Source of the DNA: Eledone cirrhosa
Taxonomy: Eukaryota
Direction: 5' to 3'
Assembly: GCA_964016885.1 (NCBI GenBank)
Contig: OZ024740.1
Span: 198,586,001-198,650,000 of the forward strand
DNA length: 64,000 nt
The translations under genes were made by a program, and so were the position numbers. Below are positions 25,647 through 39,296 of this stretch, piece after piece (position 1 is the stretch's first letter; every line of letters starts with the position of its first letter). A model generated the notes under the pieces. That model worked only from the letters and a program-made list of their open reading frames with translations. It was not told where the DNA came from and ran no database searches.

Positions 25647-27376
25647 CTGAAATAAGCCCCTTGCTGTACAGTCAACTATGTTACTCTTCATACTTTTACT
25701 ATTTTTACTCCAAGTATAACCTACATAGGAATTACCGCGAACTCGCTGCCTAACTATGGAAACATCTTGTTGAGTTAAACAAAGCCGTACGTTAAAACTA
25801 TCCACGACGCAGAGTACTCACAATCTCTAACTGGATAACCTATAACGATAACTTATTACCCCATATATATACACACGCACACATCCACACACACACACAC
25901 ACACATATATATGTATATATATATATACATATATATGCAAGTATAAAAGAAATAGTGTGTTGGGCCAGAAAATTAAGGAAACAAAAAATAATTTCCAATC
26001 GTAGGTAAATTCATTTTAGTTTTTGTATTTTAAGGATCGTAATTGCCAACTATGACTGAACGTGGAACCACATGGACACAATGCCAATTACGTAACCACA
26101 CAGCCATTTTTTGCATCTGTTACCTCTGAAATATATAATTCTATTTCCTTTGCTGTTTAGTCAGAGAAAATGGATGTGACCATGGTGCTTTTCAGGCATA
26201 TGAAAATAATGGTAAGGGGGAAAATAATTGGGCATCTTCAAATCACAGATCTGAATGCTTGCAATAGAGTTGAATCTACTGAAGGTATCTATGGTGGTGG
26301 AGCTGATATTAATCCAATGAGACTTGAATTTTGAACTTGAACATTACAAATAGCCAGAACAACTTTTGCAATATATTTAATCAGAAGTGCTAACAACATC
26401 TCCAATTGGTAGTTTATTTGGTCTATTCCGAAAGGATGGAAGGTAAAGTTAAAAAGGATTTGAATGCAGATAACAGGGAGCTCCAACAAATAACACACAT
26501 CATTTTCTCAGACGCTCTAACGAGTCGGCAAAACCGCTGCTACTTTTTGTAATAACACATACATTAAGTGAAAAGTGCATGTGTGTATCCAGGTATGTGT
26601 GTGTGTGTGTTGGAGTTTGTTTATCTTGTTCATTATGTTTTTTGTGTCTGGGGATACAATTTTCTGTTTGTGTATACGTGTACCTACGTGTTTCGGTTTC
26701 TGTGTATTTATTTTGAGTATTGCTAATGAGGGAGTGCTTCAATGTTTAGTCGGTGTGTATATGTGTAAGCACGTGTGGGTCTATTCACTGAAATCACGAG
26801 ATGTTTACTTTCACAAGTGTAAGCAATATATTAAATTCATTCAAACAGGCAAAGAAACAGGATCAAATATTTGATCTTGACAACAGTATTGAAATATGTT
26901 TATATTGTATTAAGTCTGAATGAACGATTCGATATTTCAGGGTATATTAATTATCTCAAAACTCTCTTGTGTGAGGAGAGTAGCGAAAAAGTGAAGGTGC
27001 GGTTGCGCGTGCGATTCATGAACCTAGCAGCGCATTCTTCCCTTGAACGACCTTACGGCCCTTCGTCTAAAGCGAAATGAGTACCAGCACCACCTCTTGG
27101 TAAAGTCTGTGACAGAGGGTATTTGGTCCAGATAATGTCACGTAACGCAAAGAAAAGCAGGATAAGTTGTGACGTGAGCAACCACTAGGCATGGAAGATT
27201 CTTTAAAATAATTAGGGAAGAAAAGTAAAATAGCCGCCATCTGTGATGAAATGTAAGCATTGTATTTGCTTTATTTTATGTTATACTTAACGTCCTCAGC
27301 CCCACTGCCAAAGAAATATAGAACCAGTGTGATAAAAAAATTCGATAGAGGGAGCGTCCACACACACACACACACA

Positions 27377-27445
<69 letters not shown>

Positions 27446-28034
27446 CTTGTTAATCAAGCCAAACCAGAATCTTAATTTGGATATTGAAGCTGGAGTCGGA
27501 TCTATAACACAATATCGATCCAGAGCCATCCATCTATGAAACAGTCGTAACTAGGTCTAAGCAATAAAAAGGTCTCTGTGAAACCTCGTTTTATTCATCT
27601 TAATGTATACGTTCTGCTATAGCACTTTTGCATAGGATGCAAATATTAGTACCTTCCTCAGTAAACCACAAATCTATTGAATCACCCAATCTTATATATA
27701 TATATATATATTCTTCTCACATTTGAATTCGCTCCTGAAAGGTCTTTTTTCTAAGCGCTCATATATTCACCTAGCTTATGCTAACAGAATAACTATGAAG
27801 CTTGTTCCCTTCCTTCTACGGTTAGCTATCCTCTTTGTTGTTATCTTGTTTCACTCGCTTTACGCGTTTTAATTGTCCTAATAACTTAATTTAGTTATTA
27901 TTGCACCGACGTGAGGTATATGATTTTTAATGCAATGAAATATCTATGATCGTCGGCAAATCACTGATGAGGGACTTATTTTATTACATGTTTTCCATGT
28001 GCAACCAGCAGTATTCTTCTCCCCATATTTTCAC

Positions 28035-28149
<115 letters not shown>

Positions 28150-28631
28150 TATATTCATACACACGCACACACATCGTACCGAAGAAAGCTACGATAATTG
28201 CAATTGTATGCATTTCAAATTAAAGACACAACCCATACATTCTTTTGTGTCAAATTACAGTATGTAATTTAGGTTTGACAGGAAAGAAATATTGTTACTG
28301 GCTTCTCAATTATTCAAGCCGTTGATGGTAGTGTCATTCTTTGGCAAGTAAGCACCATCGAGGATATTCCCCATATATTTCTATGTTGAACCTAGATGTT
28401 ATTGATTTTTACGTCGTGCCATTGCACTAGCCTGTATGTGTCTAGTATTTTCATTATGAAAAAACGAAAAAATATATACATATAATGCAATATTTTAATG
28501 ACGTATAAGATTACATGAAGATATTGATTACTCGATAAGTATAAACATAGTCACATATGCATGTGCAGATATAGGCTATATATATTTACATCTCTATATG
28601 CGCACACATACACGCACGTACACGCACACAG

Positions 28632-28670
<39 letters not shown>

Positions 28671-30279
28671 TTTTAATCCCTGTGTTGGTGATGTATATGT
28701 GTGGATACAACTGATATATCTTCATGCATGTATCTGTTCAATAGCTGTATATAGTTTATTACTGTGACACTTCTAATCAAATAATTATCTCAAGCTCTCA
28801 CTTATCTCTGTTTCAATGTGTACGTGTTAGCGATATCAGATAAAGGCCATCAATGTATATCTAGCTCGCCCATCGAGGGATATAGCTTTACGAAGTGAAT
28901 AGAAAATATCTACGATGGCTGCTTCAAAGTACATACATACCATAAAATATATTTATTCATTAGGAAAATCTATAGAAAATATTTTGAATAAAAAACATTC
29001 CACCTGACATCTTTTTAATTAAATATACAATTTCGTTGTGGATAACGCGTGGCTTACTTAGTGCTTAGTATGTCGGTCATACAAGCATTGTGTCATAAGC
29101 ATTGGAAGAAGTAGAATAGAAGGTGACATGAAGCAGAGAAGGGAGATGAAGTAAAGGGAAGAAATTAAACAGTATTTATTGAATCGTGAGGATGAAAAAC
29201 GGCTTAAAATTAGCAGCAGTAGTACCAGCAAGAAGTTCACTTTGCAATGGATAAACATCCAGCCGACAATGCTTTGAGTCGCATAACTCCCCTTGAAATG
29301 GGATAAGCTCCAGCGTTCATAAAACCCGTGCCAACATGGAAAAACGAACAAAAACAATGATGATAATATTGATGATGATTATTGAGGTAATCTTTAATTC
29401 ATTGGATTAAACCTATGTTCCCCCCGTTGGTGTCGATAGTATTAATCCAGGGGCAGTGGCATGTCGGAATTTTTAAAAATGGGACAAAATGCTTTGTGGT
29501 GTCTGATTAGATTCTGTGTTATCAAAATTCGCTTCTTTTTGACATGTGGTGCTAACGGCAGTTAGTATCAGCAAAGAGCGAAGGAAACACATTCCTTTCT
29601 TGCTTCGAGCTGTCGTTCCCTTAATCAACTTTCTAATTCTAAGCTATGCTTAAATAGATATATCGGATTTACAGACTTTCGAGTTTAAAGTATATCTTTG
29701 TGAAAGTTTGCGTTTATTATTTTGTAGTGTTTACTTCGCGGCATAGATTACAAATCACGTAGAGGTGAGCTCTTCCTTTGATCCTTACCGGGTCTAAAAA
29801 AATGAAGTACCAGTAACACACTGGTGTTAATTTAGTCGTGTCTCATTAATGAAGGTTTGTCAGAATCACAAAATGAAAGAAAATAACAAAGAAAGAAAAT
29901 ATATATCATATATGCTATTATTAGTCTGGAAATTCTGTAAACAATAGGACAGGTGACTAGTGACAGCTTATATGATATTTATTTTCTTTTTTCTTTGTTA
30001 ATTACTTTAGTTTTGTGAGGCTATCAACACTTCTTTGATTGGTCAGGAATAATCTTATTTTCGATATCTTTAAAAGGTGAATAGGCAACGTGAAGATTTT
30101 GGAAAGCCACGCACAACAGTTTTAAAAGGACAGGCACATACACGATAGAATGGAATTGATCTCTGGTGGTTTCGATGACTGATGTGTCACTTGTTAAAGC
30201 AACATAATGAGCAGCTCTTGAACTTATCATGCAAGGCTGAGTATTCCACAAATACGTGTAACCTTATACTTCATTATAA

Positions 30280-30590
30280 AATAATTCTTTCTACTTTTTG
30301 GCACAATGCCAGCAATTACCCAGTATATTACTTGTACTTTAATTTATCAACCCCGTAAGGATGAAAGGTAAAGTTAACCTCGGCGGGATTTAAATTCAGA
30401 TCATAAAGGGACGTAACTCTTTGCGTCAAAGCATGGCGTCCGACCCTCTACCGATACTGCCAATCCACCGCCTATAAAATAATTGTTTCTTCTTTTGGCA
30501 CAAGGCCAGTAATTATCCAGTACATTAGTGGTACTTTATTTTATCGACCCCGTAAGGATGAAAGGCAAAGTTAACCTCGGCGGGATTTGA
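30280..30590 (-). mobile_element. Two tandem SINE copies (one full length, one 5'-truncated)
   Basis: Family match at ~30280-30473 and ~30478-30590. Confidence 0.85.
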
Positions 30591-30791
30591 AAATAATGGA
30601 AGTAAATATTTACAGATTTGTAATAATTTTGAAAGTATTTTTGAAAGTATTTTTGAAAATATTGTTTTTCTGAAAATGAAATAGCTAGCTTCATTTGTAT
30701 TCGAATGACTTGTAAACTGTTCTACAGTAATTTCACTGTATATATTGTCTACATACACCTAATACATGCCATTTCATTATATACCTGTGTG

Positions 30792-30968
30792 TAGGGCGGT
30801 GCCATAGAGTTACGGCCCTTTACGTTCTGATTTCAAATCCTGCCGAGGTTAGCTTCGCCTTTCATCCTTATGGGTTCGATGAAATTAATTAACAGTAACA
30901 CACTGGGGTCGAATTAATCGACTCTCCCTCCCACAAAATTCTTGGCCTTACGCCTAAATCATAAACCG
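30792..30968 (+). mobile_element. Older SINE copy
   Basis: gatttcaaatcctgccgaggtt...gcctttcatccttatgggttcgat...ggccttacgcctaaa. Confidence 0.7.
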
Positions 30969-32389
30969 TTATATGCCAGTGTGACGTGAACGTTCAGATA
31001 GGAATGACCTAGGAAAATACTTAGATTCGAAATAAAATGCTATGGAATGACTATGCATAGTCCTACACAAATCACATATGCAAGGAAAGTATTCGTGCAG
31101 CTATAAGGCGAAATAAGATAAACTATGAAGGACTACTAAACACCGTATAGATGGCATGGTCACATGACAAGATTTTTACCCAAACCCATCATCCAAGAAG
31201 CAGTTGAGGGAGAAAGAAGGATCTTAGAGTGCCATAGAAAAGTAAAATAAAATAAAGTGATTTAAATTTATACATGTTATATCACATAACTCTCGGACAT
31301 ACTATATATTATGGCCATTTTATTGACATTGATTCATTTTTTTTAGAAAAGATAGAAATACCTATCTTTGTACATATTTTCTATTGTTGGTATGGTTGAC
31401 AGAAGCCTGGAATTTGTCCAAGTTTTCTGGATGTTAATCTACTGATAGTACAACATTCCCCCATGTTTATTGCGCAGGTCACTCGCACGGTTAACTCCCA
31501 GATAATGCTGGTTCTTATTTTAGGTTGAGTGCCCTGAAACAACGTTAATTTAAATGTTTTTCTCAGGGTCACAACGTGTCAAAGTCTGCGGATTGAACCC
31601 GAAACATGATCGTGAGCTCAAAACCATAACAAATAGATTAGTGTATTAGGCTTCACACAGATTAGTGTATTAGGCTTCACACAGGGTTGGTGTGACCATT
31701 AGGCCAAAAAGACGGTCGCATAGATTGTATACAAATGAAGAATTTATGCCATTTCTTTCAGTTTATGGAAAATGTATACATAATGTATTTAGATTTCATA
31801 AAAAACACAGGGATACAACATAAACAAATATTGCTAAATACATGGGGAGCAAACTAAATCTGGGATAAAGATTGGATATAAAGGTAATATATTATTGTAC
31901 TCACCATGATCCGAGATAAAGAGATATGATGAAGTGAGTATAAATCTCAATAGTCTATGAGTGAGAAATTATATATAATATTTATATATATATATAGGGA
32001 TGTATATGTTTACGTGTGTGTATGTAGACTAGGGGTTAGATATGTCTTCTTACATTATTACCACACGTTGACAGTAAATATTTCCTTTCATTAATGTTGT
32101 GTCACCTGCAATGATATAATAATAATGATTTCTTTATTAGCCACAGGGGCTGACATGAAGAAGAACATTACAGACGGCACAGAACAGTACATGACGATAC
32201 AACATGGGTTTTCGTCGTCTAAACAGGTTATAACAAGATAGAAATAGGGATAGAAATAAAAAAAAATTCAAACAAAAAAATTCCCCAAAAAGGGGGAATC
32301 CTCCGACGGTCACTCATGGCGAAAACCACACAAAAGACCACGGCCACCCTGACCACCAGGGCAAGCACCCTCTCTCAGTTTCCCACTCC

Positions 32390-35300
32390 TCAGTCTACAA
32401 GCACATACTCAGGGCGGACCCATTCACTCGGACCAGACTCGCCACTTTCAACAAACTTACTAGAAGACAGCACTTGCCTCTCCACTCTGATTTTCCTCTT
32501 CAAGTGAAACTTGAAAAAGTTAATCAGGGATTGGCCGGAGAGGAAAGTCTCCGTCTTCAACCCTTTCAACTTGTCCACCACACAATCTCTTTCGCGATGG
32601 CCACCAGGCAGAAGAAAACTGCCAGCCCTCCTCCTCTTTAAAGGAGGATGGCGGGGCTATCTGTACAATGGACTCGGTCGATAACCGGATCCATCCTACA
32701 CGCAACAGCAGCTGTTCGACATAGCTCCACAAGTCAGCAATCATTGGGCACTGAATGAGTGCGTACGGGACGGTTTCTTCGCCCTGCGCGCATCTCGGAC
32801 AGGCTCGGCTGATAGCCCCTCCGTGCCTGTAGAGCTTATCCAGAACCGGTAACGCTCCCCGTTAGCACTGCCAGGCCAGGGATTTCTGGAAGTTGTCCAT
32901 AGGCCCTGGTCTGAAAGTTCTCTTGAAGAGGGCGAACAGCTGATCGTTTTCGACTCCCAGAGTCTCCTCGAGAGCGTCGTCACTCTTTCTCTCCACAAGC
33001 CCTCTATAGAACGCCGAGGTGGATGTTCCACTGATACTAGTGCCCAGCTGGTAGAGGGCGGTGAGTGCTTGGAGACATTCCAGCTTCTAAGCGCTATCCC
33101 TCGGTTATTTCCCGATCCAGGATTGCAGCTCCGTCAAGGAGACGAGGTGGGGAAAAGAGCGTCTGACAAACGGCGAACACGCCTGTTCACCGTCAAGGAA
33201 GCACCAGAGATGTCCCAGTCTCAGCTAATGTTTGCGCATCATCAGCCACAGCGTGCCTAGTCCTCCACGCAACGGGTCTTGACAACAAATGGATCGTCTA
33301 ACCATGGGAGAACGACCCTTCCACAAAAAGCGGAAGAGAAGGCGCTCCATTTTGGTCAGAGTTTGGCGGAGGCAAGTTACGATGGTCAGGCGGTAGAAGA
33401 TAACGGCCCATTTGTGAGTCAGAGAGGCCACCCAGCTCGTCACCTCTCTCCAGTTCTTCTCCATCTGGAGGTTCGGATTGAACCAGACCCCAAGCAATTT
33501 AACCAGTCCTTCCGTCCAACACACCACGACGCTGTTGGACGACATGGACTTGCCTCTCCAGGTGCCGAGTTGCAAGCCCACCGATCTTTCCTGGTTTATC
33601 TATGCTTCTGTTACCGCTTCGTATTCCTTGAGAGCGGTAGAGAGCATCTGGACGTGTTTGGTGCTCGACACCACCACGGTGACGTCGTCGGCGTTAGCTG
33701 ACATGGATATCCCGCATCCCAGTTCCCGTGGGATCCCCCTCATCGTCTGCAATTTGTGCAGTAACAGCTCGAGGTCCAGTAGGTACAAGAGGGACGAGAG
33801 GGGTCAACCCTGGCGGACCGAGCGCATGATGCTGAAAGGCTGAGACAGGTGACCATTCACTCTCACAATCGAGCAGATGTCGCTGTGCATTGCAACGATC
33901 CAGCCCCTAAAAACGGGCCCGAAGCCAGCCGCCTCGAGGACCACAGCCAGGTACCGATGGTCGACCCTATCAAATGCTTTAGATTAATCCAGGTTAATCA
34001 GGGCCCCACCCGTGTCAGGTTCCTTAACCACACTCTGTATTATGTATCGCATGAGATTGAGGTTGTCGTGGTGGATCTGTCCGGAATGGCTCATGTCTGC
34101 GCCTCTCCCACCAGATCAGCGACGACAAGCGCCAATCTCTTTGCTAACACCTTGGCCAAAATCCGGTCTTTGCTAACACCTTGGCCAAAATCTTAAACTC
34201 TGCGTTTAACAAAGTTATGGGCCTGAAGTCTATAACGTCCCCTTTGTTCGGGTCTTTTCTCAGCAGCGCCATCGCTCTCCGGCTCACAAAACTAGGAATG
34301 CTCCCGTTCTGCTGCCAGTTGCAGTTGACATCTGCCAAGATGTCGTCGAAACGTTTGGCATATACGCATAAAGCTCGTAGTACAGACCATCCAAACCTGG
34401 CGATTTATCCCTCGTGCAGCCAGACATCACTTCCAGTATTTCACCTGCTGTTATCGGCTTTTCGCAACACTGCGCTACGGTCGTCGAGAGCCGCGGAAGT
34501 TTGTCGAGGTATGCACCGAAGTCCATACTCCGGCTGTTGAAAAGCCGCACACATCTGATCGGGTTCGAGCAAAGACCGAATTGTTAACTTGTGGCCACGT
34601 CGAACCTCCACCACCCGGGCCCATTGAACGGCTTTCGTCCCCTCGTGTCTTAGAGAGCGCGCTCTAGCTAGGACAATGCAGCCTTCATGCGTTGAAGAAT
34701 TGGTCGAGTGTCAATCTCGCCGCAAGCAAATCGGTTGCGATGCCTGTCCTAAACGCCTCTTCTAGCTTTCTATCGAACTCTCCCTCTACTCTATTTTCCT
34801 CTATCGCTACTCCTTTGCTAAAACTCTTATCGTTTATACTCTAATAGCCCTTTTCAGGGAAAACCAACACCTGTTGTTGACGATCGCACCCGTCAACACA
34901 CGCTTAAATAATTCGCTAATCCGGTCTCTGTAAGCTTTGCGGGCCGGGAACGACGCGTTCAGCTTCCAGTAGCCGGGTCCTTGGCTATGAAGTCTATCTA
35001 ACTCAACTTCACAGATCACAAATGTGTGGTCCGTGTAGTCGAGTACTTTAAATTGTGGACAACCTACACTAGCCTTATCTGTTTCCCTACAGAATACCCT
35101 ATTTAAATACGATCTGGATGATCCGATGCAGTTTGTCCATGTCCACATTGGCACCCATCGGATATCTAGTCTATACCTGTCAGACAGTTCAAAACGTCTG
35201 AGTAGGTTCTTGAGGCTTTTACATCCTCGTGCTCTGTCTACTAGCCCCACCTAATCCCAGCGTGCATCTAAGATACCGTTCCAGTCGCCCACTAACACTA

Positions 35301-35706
35301 AAGAGCGGGACGTTCCAAGAAATGTCTCTAGACGTCTGAAGAAATCTGGCCGTCCTGCCCCTGTTGGGGTATAGATGGCTACTAGCCTGAAAGCATTGCC
35401 TTCGCTGCCGGTCACGTTCAGCACCACCGACTTACCTTCTGGGTGCAGGAAGATGGCCCGTATGGCGAGTTCCAAGCCACTCCGAAAAAGCACAGCAACT
35501 CCACCTCCCGCTCCTGGACGGCTGGGAGATGCGTATACATCGTAGCCGCCAAAGATCGATGCGAAGGCTCGTGCTTCGGAGATGCTCCTCTCGCTGATGG
35601 CCACCACATCTATGTTTAGTGACCTGAGGTCGTTGAGTATGTGACCCTGCTTCCAAGATGGCCCCAGGCCACGTATATTTATACTGCCTATTCTAAGTAC
35701 GGCCAT
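32390..35706 (-). pseudogene. Tx1 copy A ORF2 (APE endonuclease + reverse transcriptase), disrupted
   Basis: SINIRGL, LVGDWN, YTDH, GYWKLN, KSPGLDGL, FRPITLLN, NADDVT across several frames. Confidence 0.9.
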
Positions 35707-35744
35707 GTTGGTTGAGGAAACGGGGTAAGTGATAAATGATCAAT

Positions 35745-37723
35745 TTACCTTGATCGTGTGGGGAAGGGACAGTAGAACCGTCACTTTGGCTACGCATGGC
35801 TGTTTTCAAGGAGATGTCGGTGTATATCCTCTTGGTAACCGACCCTCTGAAGTCTCCAACTGCGTTGGGGAATTTTTCTTTTGAATGTTTTTAATGTTCT
35901 ATTTTAATTTTAATGATGTTTATATTTTTCAAGAGAGTTCTTGTGATATCTGTCTGCTGCTTTATATGTTGTAAGACGTCTTTATTTACCATGTTAATAG
36001 TTGTGTACTTTTTAGGATGAGGGGTGGTTTTGTTGCTGTTTTCTTGTTGCTGTTGCGTGCGTGTGCTTCGTTGTAGTTGCAATGTTGGTGTTTTTGGTGA
36101 TGTTGGTGGTGATGTGGTTGTTGTTGGTGGTGATGCTTGTGGTGGTGATGGTGATGGTGGTGGTGTTGCTGCAAGTCTCCTTGCAGCCTTTACACCTCTT
36201 TGTTTGCCTTCGCTCTTGGATTGTGAAGCTAAGGTTTTGTTTTTTTTTTTTTTTGTTTTTGTGGCAGACCGTTTGCCACTTCCCTCCCACCTCACACTCC
36301 ATGTCGGATCCCGTGGCGTCTGGGGTATGAGCTCCACTGCTGTTGGTGGCAGTAGTGGAGCCCGCTCCGGCGATATTGACGCCGGTATAGCTACTGCGAC
36401 GGTTGGTGTTGCCGCCACTCCTGCCGCTGTTTTAGTTGTCCGTGGCCTTAGTATGGGTACCACGGACGGTGCCCTCCTACTCACTATGGAAGGGTCTTCT
36501 GCCTCTGTTGCCTGTTCTGCTCTTGGTAGCAGCGGATCAGGCGTCGGAAGGAGGGGGACTTCATCTTGGCTGTCTTCTGTGGCCAGAAGAGCCTGAGGGG
36601 ACCCTTCTGCCGACAGAGATAGTACTTTGGACGTCTTCCTTCCACGCTTATAGGGAGTTGGAGTCCTTCCTCGAGGTCTATGATATCTGGGATGGCCTCA
36701 ATACAGTTTGTATTAGCATTTGGTCAGTTTGTATTAGCATTTGTATGCCTATTTCTGACCGGTTCTCTCTTCACATTCATTTTCTGTACTTGGAGTATAA
36801 TGGTCTTCTCCTCGATTCCAGCAGGTACAGACGCGGCCAGCCAAGGTATGGTCACGTCGGACCTGGGTCACTCTGACCCTCACAATTTTCTGCCCGCAGT
36901 TGGAGGGCACCAAGACTATTTGTTCACTCTTTAAGGTTTCCAAAGAGTGAGACTTCACCGCTTGGGGGTGGCGAAAAGTACGTCTACTGTGGCGTACTTT
37001 TTCCCTCGGGTGATGTGGGTTTTGCGCGCCCAGACGCACCTCAAGACCTTTTAGATTTGAGCCTCCGTGGCTCTCTCCACCCGATGTCACATTTTGCATA
37101 CGGTGCGGTAAGTTACCATGCGCAGTTCCTGGTCTTTAGACATCGGATGGAGGTTTCAGGGAAACTCTATTGTTATTTCTTGTCACCATGGCTCTTGCGA
37201 CTGCCCCCTCCTCTTCCCTGACTAGCACTGTCTCTATATTTCGGGCCACACCTGCGAAGGAAGTGGCCCCATTTTCAGCGGCACCATTATTGCTGCCGCT
37301 ACTGCTGCTACTGGTCTCGTTGTTGATGTTGTTGCTGTTGCTACTTCTACAAACGGTGTTGATGGTGTTGTTGCTGTTATCACTGTTGAAGTTGGTTGTG
37401 TTTTTGGTGCCACCTCTGTTGTTGTTTCTGCTGCAATTTGTATTGTTGCTGTTGTTGTTGTCGTTGTTTATTTTCTTGTTAATGGTGTTAATATCGTTGT
37501 TGCATTTGTTGTCACTTTTTTCTGTTATCCCTATTTTGGTTGTCGCTGTTATTTTTGTAGTTGGTGTGGTAATCTTTTTAAAATTCGTGTTCTCAGTGTT
37601 GTTGTCTTTGTTCACGTTGTTTGTGGTGGTGTTTGTTGTATCAATTTCTGTAACCCTCCTCTCAACTTTTACGCCGCTGTCGCACGACAGCAGACGTATT
37701 GCTGGCGGGCGTAGCTAAGCCAT
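35745..37723 (-). pseudogene. Tx1 copy A ORF1, disrupted
   Basis: N/T-rich N-terminus, SFAGVARN and LVPSNCGQKIVRV are shared with copy B ORF1. Confidence 0.8.
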
Positions 37724-37910
37724 GATTTTATTTTTTTATTTTTAAAAGTAAAATGTTCAAATATTGTTCAGATATTATACTTTCCCCTTCACAGGGAAAA
37801 GTCCAAGGGCTTATATCACTTACACAACAAGAACAATTTAACAACTATTAATTATAACAGGTAAATAAAGCGACTTACTGGGAGCGAGCAAAAAGACGTC
37901 CGAACAGACC

Positions 37911-38118
37911 AATAATAATAATAAAAATAATAATAATAATAATTGTTTCTACTTTAGGCACAAGGCCAGCAATCACCCAGTGCATTACTGGTACTTTATT
38001 TTATCGACCCCGTAAGGATGAAAGGCAAAGTCAACGCCGGAGGGATTTGAACTCAGATCGTAAAGGGACGTAACTATGCTAGAAAGCATGGCGTCCGACC
38101 CTCTACCGATACTGCCAA
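37911..38118 (-). mobile_element. SINE whose (ATT)n tail abuts the 5' end of Tx1 copy A
   Basis: Family match 37941-38118; tail 37911-37943. Confidence 0.9.
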
Positions 38119-39142
38119 AAGAATAATAATAATAACGTGGTGGTAGAAGGTCATGAAATCGCTCCCGTAAGTTTTTGATTTTTAACATATTTAAATCAAT
38201 TGTGAACTAACAATTCTTAGTACAAATGATACATAAAGCACCGAATCAAGTCTCATAAAAATTCGGATCCATAATATATTGTTATATCGCTCAAATATTT
38301 AATTTTGTATTATACATTTTATATTCGAAAAAGAAAATGGTTATAAATGGAAAAAAACCCCTCTGTCTACACTATATAGAACAGCCAAATAACAGAAATT
38401 TCACCAACACCAGAAACTAGATACACCACCTACCCAATCACCCCGCTGTGTACACTAAATACAACAGCCAGATAAGGGCAATTTCACAACCACCACCACC
38501 AATCCAAGCATCATAATAATAATTACTATTATTATTGTCTCAAGTTTTAACAAAATGTTTAATTCCAATATTAAGGGATTATGTCAACACATATATTAAA
38601 CATACGCGACACAAACGCATAGATACTACAGATCAAACAAAACTACAGTCTATTCAACAAAACTCAGTAACGACAACGCCACCGCCGCCACCACTCCACC
38701 CATCATTGCTACCACTATCCCATCACCGCCGCCACCCTTCCTTCATTGCTACCACCACTATTCCCCATTACCTTCTGTTAACTTAAGAAAGGGGAAGGTC
38801 GCGGTATCACTGGACAAGGGAGAGGTTAGCAAAAGATATAAATAGATTGACTTAGTGACCCGGCCACCGGCCAACGTCAACAACTATGGCACTGCTGGCT
38901 CCCGCCTTCCCTACCAACAATATAAAAAGCCCCAGCACCACCACCGACATAGTCAACAACAATAACAGGCAACTTCAGCAAAAAGTATATTATATTATTG
39001 TAATGCACTGGGCAGTTGCTGGCCTTGTGCCTGGAGTGGAGACAATTATTAATAATTTCATTCTTAAGCCACGCAATGCTCACATTAAGGAACCACTCAT
39101 GATAATAACAATTTAAAAAAACAACAAAAAAGAAAACCCCGT

Positions 39143-39231
39143 GACCAAGAAATACCGGGATGGCGGCCGGCGGGGAATAGCCGTGTCTCTAGGGGAGAAC
39201 GACCCCTCTAGTCTTGGTTGACACTCGTTCT
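39143..39231 (+). ncRNA. Candidate HDV-like ribozyme at the 5' end of the Dong-like element
   Basis: Ordered pairings P1 GACCAA/TTGGTT, P2 AGAAC/GTTCT, P3 GAC/GTC with loop CCCTCTA. P1.1 and J4/2 are non-canonical. Confidence 0.3.
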
Positions 39232-39296
39232 AGAAGTGGTAACACGAAATGATTACCCCTTGGCGGATAAGGATGAAACGCGACAAAATAAAGTAA

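Larger units (their letters stand above)
24791..25701. mobile_element. Fold-back element with ~175-bp inverted arms, each carrying a long-stem-II hammerhead
   Basis: Arms 24791-24968 and 25525-25701 are diverged reverse complements. The element begins at a (TA)n tract. Confidence 0.85.
32127..37910 (-). mobile_element. Full-length, decayed Tx1/L1-clade LINE (copy A)
   Basis: ORF1 plus ORF2 (APE endonuclease, RT), AATAAA then (ATT)n at the 3' end, (ATT)n also at the 5' end. Confidence 0.92.

Noticed and set aside
27560-28020. CTGAGGA (minus, ~27661) and CTGATGA (~27964) as hammerheads
   Set aside because: No correctly placed GAAA/NUH and stem I; at best unrecognisable relics.
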